A DNA stretch of 64,000 bases, taken from NCBI GenBank assembly GCA_951406725.2, contig OX597832.1, positions 69,564,001 to 69,628,000 on the forward strand. The letters run 5' to 3'. The notes below the pieces were generated by a model. The model ran no database searches and was not told the origin of the DNA. It was given only the letters and a program-made list of their open reading frames with translations. The DNA comes from Octopus vulgaris. Taxonomy: Eukaryota. Position 1 is the first letter of the stretch; every line of letters begins with the position of its first letter. Both the position numbers and the translations under genes were made by a program. This document shows positions 56,886-64,000 of this stretch, piece after piece.

Positions 56886-57975
56886 GGGATGTCCGATGTA
56901 GCCTGGCCCATGATGTTGGTCTTCTTAAGGCTGATAACTAAGCCAAAGTCGTTACATGCTTGCTCAAAACAGTTAATGAGCCTTTGGAGGGCTTCTTCTG
57001 TGTGTGTTACCAGAGCGGCATCATCAGCAAATAACATCTCCTTGATCAGGACGTTTCTGATTTTGGTCTTGGCACGCAGGCGCGAGAGATTGAACAGTTT
57101 CCCGTCACTTCTACTGTGCAGAAACACTCCATCATCTGATGTCTGAAAGGCATGTGAAAGTAAGAGTGAGAAGAAGATGCCAAACATACATATTGGAGAC
57201 CACAGATTACAAGAGGTGGAGAAGTTTACTTATCTGGGCTCTACCGTCACCTACAACCTATCCCTTGACGCTGAGCTCAATATACGCATTGGCAAGGCAG
57301 CTGCTGCGATGGCCCAACTCTCCAAACGGGCATGGGACAACAATAAGCTGACCAAGACCACGAAAATGAAGATCAACCAGGCATGTGTACTCAGCACTCT
57401 ACTGTATGGCAGCGAGACCTGGACGCTATACACACGCCAAGAGCGTCGCCTAAACATCTTTCACCTGCGCTGCCTCCGAAAAATCCTCCGCATCAAAAGG
57501 CAGAATCATATCCCCAACAAAGATGTTCTCAGGCAAGCAGGAGTACCAAGCATGTTTGCACTCCTCACACAAAGACGTATGAGATGGCTTGGGCATGTTA
57601 GCCGTTACAGGGATGTTTGCAAAAGGGATATGAAGGCCTGCAACATCAATATTAGCGGTTGGGAGGCAGTTGCCGGCAACCGTGGAGAATGGCGACGTAC
57701 AGTAAAAGAGGGAATACAAAAGAGTGACAGAGAGAGAGAGGAGAAATGGAAAGAAAGGAAGAGACGTAAACAAGAGACTATGGCACTACAACCAGCCAGG
57801 AACAGTCTTCGCTACATTTGCGGTACCTGCCAGAGGGAGTGTTTGTCCAGGATAGGACTACACAACCACAGCAGGAAATGTATCAGGGCATGAAATATAA
57901 AAGCCGGACTAGACTACAAAAAAAAAAAAAAAAAAAAGAATGCGCAACTCCATTGTCTCCCGAGATGCCAATACA
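56873..57975 (+). mobile_element. RTE-clade LINE, 5'-truncated, with an inverted 5' segment (56873-~57187 on minus strand)
   Basis: Minus strand: FGIFFSLLL...DGKLFNL.RLRAKTK...MLFADDAAL...FGL.ISLKKT..PNIH. Plus strand continues PNIHIGDH.L.EVEKFTYLGS...LSTLLYGSETW...WLGHV...C..C.R.C.SRIGL..H...C. Confidence 0.93.
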
Positions 57976-57976
57976 A

Positions 57977-58020
<44 letters not shown>

Positions 58021-58213
58021 TTTCTTTCCTATATATATAGATATATAAATATATATGGCGAAAAACCATTCATTCAAACATTATATTAAAGAGAGCACTT
58101 TGTTCGAATTTAATTTTCTCGTATCGTTTTATGTATCCTTTATGTTTAAGTCTCACTTGCAAGTTTCCTACATTTCTGAATGTTTCAAGTTCATCTCGTC
58201 CATACCTTCTGCA

Positions 58214-58260
58214 CGAAGTGATGATAGTGACACGTGGTTGCCGAAGCTGTAGCGAATAAA
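58214..58260 (+). ncRNA. Decayed hammerhead-like relic in a PLE-terminus-like insert
   Basis: GTGATGA-T-AGTGAC-ACGTG-GTTGCC-GAAGCTGTA-GCG-AATAAA. The core is mutated and helix III is partly deleted. Confidence 0.4.
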
Positions 58261-59913
58261 ATATTCATTGATATTTAAAAGTGTGCAGCAGTTAACTCCT
58301 TTTACTTACATGTTTTAAATACCATGTGTTGTATTGATTTCTGGCTTGCAGTTTACTGTTAATAAGCACACCAGCTAATCTAGATTTGTATAGATTGCTT
58401 AATGGATGGATGTGTTATCAACCAAAGCAATTTTCTAACTTATTTTATTACGTGTTTGCTGTTAGAATGTGCTGCAATGGCTCCTCGAAATGCACGGCTA
58501 ATAGAAACAAAACTTGATAAATAAAAAAAAGAAGTATACATGAGTCGAAAACACTAACATCCTCAATATAATTCCATGAAAATACTAGAAGATAAATTCT
58601 AGATGTTTTATTCCAAGCCAAACAAAAATCACAAAACCCAGTGCACGGATACATCGTACGTGTAATAAACTATAAAAATAAACTGAAATTAGACAATTTT
58701 AAAGTTCAGGAGGAAGATGTAACCGGTTACCACAACGTTTCTCATGATCACGTGATGCTTAATACAAGAGGGAGCATCGACACATGGCCCGCGTCACTCC
58801 ATTTAAAAAAGGTACCAATAACGGCTCGAAATAATAAAAAGAAAAGGCTCGAAATAATATTATTATTAATGTATTTTGGAACATCATTGTATCACGTCTT
58901 CATACACACACACAACACACATGTTTATGTATGTATATATACAAACATACATACATATATATGCATACATACATCCATATATACACACAAACACATACAT
59001 TTATATATATACATTCATAGATACATATGTAAGCAAAAATGTTCATGTGTGTGTGTTTGGCATGTTTATGACCGACTCTGTATCTATGTTTTACGTCGAG
59101 ATTTTTTCGATAACGTTATTCTATGATTATGTTGTGTAACTTAATATTTCGATAAATAGTTATCAAACGTAAAGCATTAAAAAAATAATATAAGCAAGCA
59201 TGTATATTAAATTAAAAACCGTGGAGGTGGTTAGCCATCGTAGGAACACTCCAGTAAGTAAAACATGGAAAATAGTGAAAAATAGTATTGAAAAAAATTA
59301 ATGTGGTAGGCATTGTAGGAGCGTCTTTGATCGGCAAAAGCAATCTTCAAACGTCAGCAAGAACAACAAGAGTGGTTGGTCAAACACGTAGAGCTGCAAT
59401 ATATACACGTGAGGTATTTAATCATCAACAGCAAATTCTGGTTTGGAATATAAATGTATAAAAAATCTTGTATGACAAAACGGATAATAGATATTTTGAG
59501 GGTGAATGGCGAGAATGAACGTTTTAAATCGGAATTGACATACGGATATACAAAGTACCGGACCGGAAACACCTTTTGTCCAGTAGCCAACAGTTGACGT
59601 ACAATAGCAAACGGAATAATTATTGTGTGGAGAGCTAAGATGGACGAAGCTAGATAAACGTAGCCGATATTGACATAGGAGAAAATTATACAAGTTTACG
59701 GTAAGTGAAATGCATCTCACACAATAAAGAGTTCATGGAGAGAACATTTAACATGAAATAGAATTGCATATGTATACAAATGGATGTTTATATGTGTGCT
59801 TCAGTGGGTGCGTATGTATGCGCGTGTGTTTATGTGTATGCGTTGTGTATCTGAGTGAATGTGCGTGCATATATGAATATAATATTTCTATCTATCTATC
59901 TATCTATCTATCA

Positions 59914-59973
<60 letters not shown>

Positions 59974-60025
59974 ATATACATATATATATATACACACACA
60001 TATATAAATATATATATATATATAT

Positions 60026-60190
60026 ACGACGGGCTTCTTTCAGTTTCCGTCTACCAAATCCACTCACAAGGCTCTGGCCGGCCCGAGGCTACAGTAGAAG
60101 ACACTTGCCCAAGGTGCCACGCAGTGGGACTGAACCCGGAACCGTGTGCTTGGTAAGCAAGCTACTTACCACATAACCACTCTTGCGCCT
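60026..60190 (-). mobile_element. SINE family C, 5' half ending in microsatellite
   Basis: Close match to 23187-23345. Confidence 0.88.
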
Positions 60191-60258
60191 ATACTATATT
60201 ATATATATATATATACATATATTTATACATACATATATATATGTATACATATGCATAC

Positions 60259-60327
<69 letters not shown>

Positions 60328-60328
<1 letters not shown>

Positions 60329-62180
60329 TAGCAGAATTGCCCGGCGATGCTCGGGGCTGAATTGCTTGAAAGTACTGTTAATGATTGCACTGAATTATGA
60401 TGATTATTCAGGCAAATACTGATATAAGTTTACGGTGGGAGATAAGGACTTAACGATCAAACGTGTACCATTGCATTGTTTTGGGGGAACCAAATTTCTG
60501 ATGAGCATTATAGGAGCACCAACTTTAAGTTTGAGAATGTGTGGTGGTAGTCCGGGGTGCTCAAAGGAATTGAGTACCTCTATTGGATAGTTGATGACGT
60601 CCTCTGGGTCAGGAGTTGTATCGATAGACTTATATACATAAACTTCCCCAGGAATGAGTTTTAGCATTTCATCATTAATATGGTGAACAGTTTTATTCTT
60701 CGGGGCCAGAATAGCCCTTTGGCCAATCCAATCCATATTCTGACAATTAGCTTGTAGATCTGGGAACACTGCATCTCTGAGATCAGAAGGCGTTTTAACA
60801 ATGGTACAAATGGAATCGATGGCAATATTACCATTTTCATCCCCTGGTATTTTGCCTTCGCCAAGTGCAAGGAGGGTGTGAGGAAATGCTGCTGATGTGA
60901 TATTAAGTCGCATATGAGCACGCATATTGGTGTGAAGTTGAGAGTCTTCACCAGTGGCCACAATGTGGATGACTTAAGACAGGCACTTACTGCATCAGCT
61001 GTAGTCGCTTTGGGAATAACGGGAAGTGTTTGTCGGAAGTCCCCTGAAAGAAGAAGTGTTATGCCTCCCATGTGAGCTGAAGAGTGTTTGATGTCTCTGA
61101 GAGATCTGTTCTAGATGACGTCCTCAAGAGCATGGGTCAGGAGTTGTATCGATAGACTTATATACATAAAGCTTGCATCCCAGGAATGAGTTTTAGCATT
61201 TCATCATTAATATGGTGAACAGTTTTATTCTTCGGGGCCAGAATAGCCCTTTGGCCAATCCAATCCATATTCTTCAATTAGCTTGTAGATCTGGGAACAC
61301 TGCATCTCTGAGATCAGAAGGAAAGTTTTAACAATGGTACAAATGGAATCGATGGCAATATTACCATTTTCATCCCCTGGTATTTTGCCTTCGCCAAGTG
61401 CAAGGAGGGTGTGAGGAAATGCTGCTGATGTGATATTAAGTCGCATATGAGCACGCATATTGGTGTGAAGTTGAGAGTCTTCACCAGTGGCCACAATGTG
61501 GATGACTTAAGACAGGCACTTACTGCATCAGCTGTAGTCGCTTTGGGAATAACGGGAAGTGTTTGTCGGAAGTCCCCTGAAAGAAGAAGTGTTATGCCTC
61601 CCATGTGAGCTGAAGAGTGTTTGATGTCTCTGAGAGATCTATCTAGTGCCTCAAGAGCATGTCTGTGGGCCATCGTGCATTCATCCCAAACGATAAGCTT
61701 GCATCGTCTGAAGACTTCTGCCTGATCGGAGCTGTTACTGATGTTGCAAGTTGGCGTCTCAGTCTTCGCTAAGTGAAGCGGAAGCTTGAAAGTGGAGTGA
61801 GCTGTCCTGCCGCCTGGCAACAAAGTAGCCGCAATTCTAGATGATTCCACAGCTAGGGCAATGCCTTGTGTTCGCCTAATCTCAGCCAATATTAATTTGT
61901 TGACAAAAGTTTTCCCAGTGCCCCCAGGAGCGTCCAGGAAAAAAATCCTCCCAGTTTTGGCCCGGACTGAATTAACAACGGAGTTGTAAGCGAACTTGTG
62001 TTCTGGAAGGAGCTTTGGCTCATTGTCGGCTATGTACTCGGCAAGCTCATCAACATTAAAACATGTCTCACGCAGCAAATGTGAAGACAGAGTGTTTGTG
62101 CCTTCCCGGTTTGTTAAAGGTAGGCCATAGACCGGCAAGGAACTACCGCCCATATCAAGTACAGTATCTTCGAACGTAGT
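60328..62180 (-). mobile_element. Helitron fragment: PIF1-family helicase region plus canonical 3' end
   Basis: FLDAPGGTGKTF, IAATLL.GGRTAHS.FKLP, IVWDECTM, LSGDFRQTLPV, ILAPKN, LKLKVGAPIMLIRNL..CNGTRL. 3' hairpin CCCGAGCATCGCCGGG, then CTAG (60328-60331) followed by T. Confidence 0.95.
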
Positions 62181-62305
62181 TTGTTACCACACAGCCACAC
62201 CTGCCCCTATGTATGTGTGTGTGTGTGTGCGTGTGTGTGTGTATGGGTAGATATATTATGCATGTATATATGTGTATATATATATGTGTACATATAACAT
62301 GTACA

Positions 62306-62341
<36 letters not shown>

Positions 62342-62952
62342 TACACATAAAATACAAAATACAAAGTTATATCTTGATATCGCTAGTGATAACAATACTC
62401 AAAATATATAACAGACTGGAATTGTAGGCTCGTCTCTTGCAATTTCGATCAATTGGATCTTGTATAGAAGTGTACGGCTGCAGCGAAATTCATTTTTGGA
62501 CTTTCTTGTATCGAAGGCATTTTAACAAAAATGCTTCCGTAAAGACGGTGAAAATATTGTCAGTTTCCCCAAACAGGGACACAATTCAATTTTGAAACAA
62601 TAACCAAAGCCCCTTCTCCGAAAGGGGGAGGGTTACGGTTTACAATTATTTAACAAATACAACACAACAACGTTTCCTTGGCGAGGAACCAACAAACGTG
62701 ATTACAATAGTCAAACAGTAATAATAATAACAACAAACCTTTTTAATTTATCCTCATTTATGTGAAACCACTTATTCAAGTTCAAGTCATTGATGCGATT
62801 GTATACGAATTGCTAATACACACACACACATAATAAGGGTGAAAAATTGAATATTAATTTGATTAATATGAATTGAAAACCAGTGGTGTAGCATAGGGGA
62901 TCTTCTTCTTCTAGCAAAAAGGATGAGCAATCTGAATGGCTCATCCCTGTCT

Positions 62953-62990
<38 letters not shown>

Positions 62991-63049
62991 AGCTTACAAT
63001 TTTCTTTCAACAACTGACACTGTCGTATATATTTGCGTGTCTATGTGTG

Positions 63050-63556
63050 TAAAGAGGAAGTGGGAATAATAGGCAGAGTAAAGGCTTTGAAGTGAAAGAG
63101 TGAAATGGTAAAATATTGAGTTTTCTCGAATTTTTTCTTAATTGGTGGTCAAATTGAAAGAAATTTTGTATGGCATGACCGAATGGAAGTACTTGGAAAA
63201 ATCATAGGTAAACTCTAATTAAAGAAATTGTGTGAGGAGTAAATCATTATGTATTTATTTGTTTCTGTTTGTTGTGTATTTTTTTTTTGAGTAGTGGTTT
63301 AAGGTACACTTGCAAAGAGAAAGTAGGAGAAATTAGGGTGATAGCATGATTGCAGAGTTGCAAAGAGAAAGTAGCACAAAGTGTGGTGGTAATGGCATGA
63401 GTGAAGCAGTTAAAATGAAAGAGGGAAATCTAAAAATATTGAGTTTTCTCGAATTTTTGCTTAATTGGGGGTGAAATTGGAAAAACTGTACCTGCCACGA
63501 CCCGATGGATTCTACTCGTAAAAATGATAGGTAAATTCTAATTGAAGAAATTCTAT
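63050..63556. repeat. Two diverged direct copies of a ~190-bp unit (period ~320 bp)
   Basis: AAAATATTGAGTTTTCTCGAATTTTT..TTAATTGG...ATAGGTAAA.TCTAATT.AAGAAATT at ~63110 and ~63432. Confidence 0.75.
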
Positions 63557-63618
63557 ATTGTAGATTTGTATAATAAACAAACGGTTTGGGAGGCAGATAA
63601 AATCTGCCTTTTATCATA

Positions 63619-63650
<32 letters not shown>

Positions 63651-63653
<3 letters not shown>

Positions 63654-63796
63654 GCTGTGTGCTAAGTAGCTTGCTTATCAACCATATGGTTCGGGATTCA
63701 GTTCCACTGCGTGGCACCGTTGCACCTTCTACTATAGCCTGGGGCCGATCAAATTCTTGGGAGTGGATTTGGTAGACGGAAACTGAAAGGAGCCCG

Positions 63797-63842
<46 letters not shown>

Positions 63843-64000
63843 ATATGTTTGTGTGTCTGTGTTTGTCTCCCAGCATTATGGCTTGACAACAGATGTTGGT
63901 GTGTTTACGTTGCCGTAAGTTAGCAGTTAACCAAATGAGACCGATGGAATAAGCACTAGGCTTACAAAAGAATAAGTCCTGGGCTCGATTTGTTCGACTA
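63651..64000 (+). mobile_element. SINE family C with expanded internal (TA)n, cut by the window edge
   Basis: GTGGCTGTGTG..AGCTTGCTT..TTCAGTTCCACTGCGTGGCACC, internal TA tract, then tail as in 22952-23150. Confidence 0.9.

Noticed and set aside
61314-62153. Host PIF1 helicase gene
   Set aside because: Intronless, frameshifted, truncated and joined to a Helitron hairpin-CTAG terminus
62611-62632. GC-rich hairpin with a GAAA loop as a terminator or structured RNA
   Set aside because: Isolated short stem with two G.U pairs and no supporting context

Overview
Gene-poor, AT-rich eukaryotic DNA, most likely from an octopus or other cephalopod. That assignment is an inference from the SINE types and the extreme microsatellite load. 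No host protein-coding gene is supported, and nearly all ORFs in the supplied track are microsatellite artefacts. The window is a transposon and microsatellite mosaic: five R4/Dong-type non-LTR fragments, a HERO-like relic, an RTE LINE with a 5' inversion, two Penelope-like elements (PLEs), a Helitron (PIF1 helicase, hairpin+CTAG end), a probable DIRS relic, two MITEs and many tRNA-derived SINEs. The most notable signal is a set of about ten short, non-coding elements sitting in (TA)n tracts. They carry hammerhead-ribozyme motifs (one with an intact core at 53235-53285, several relics) and/or asymmetric fold-back ends or partial tandem repeats. They look like a diverse population of retrozyme/mini-PLE elements, probably mobilised by GIY-YIG PLEs like the one at 26303-28118. 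All calls come from reading the sequence by eye; no searches or folding programs were run.
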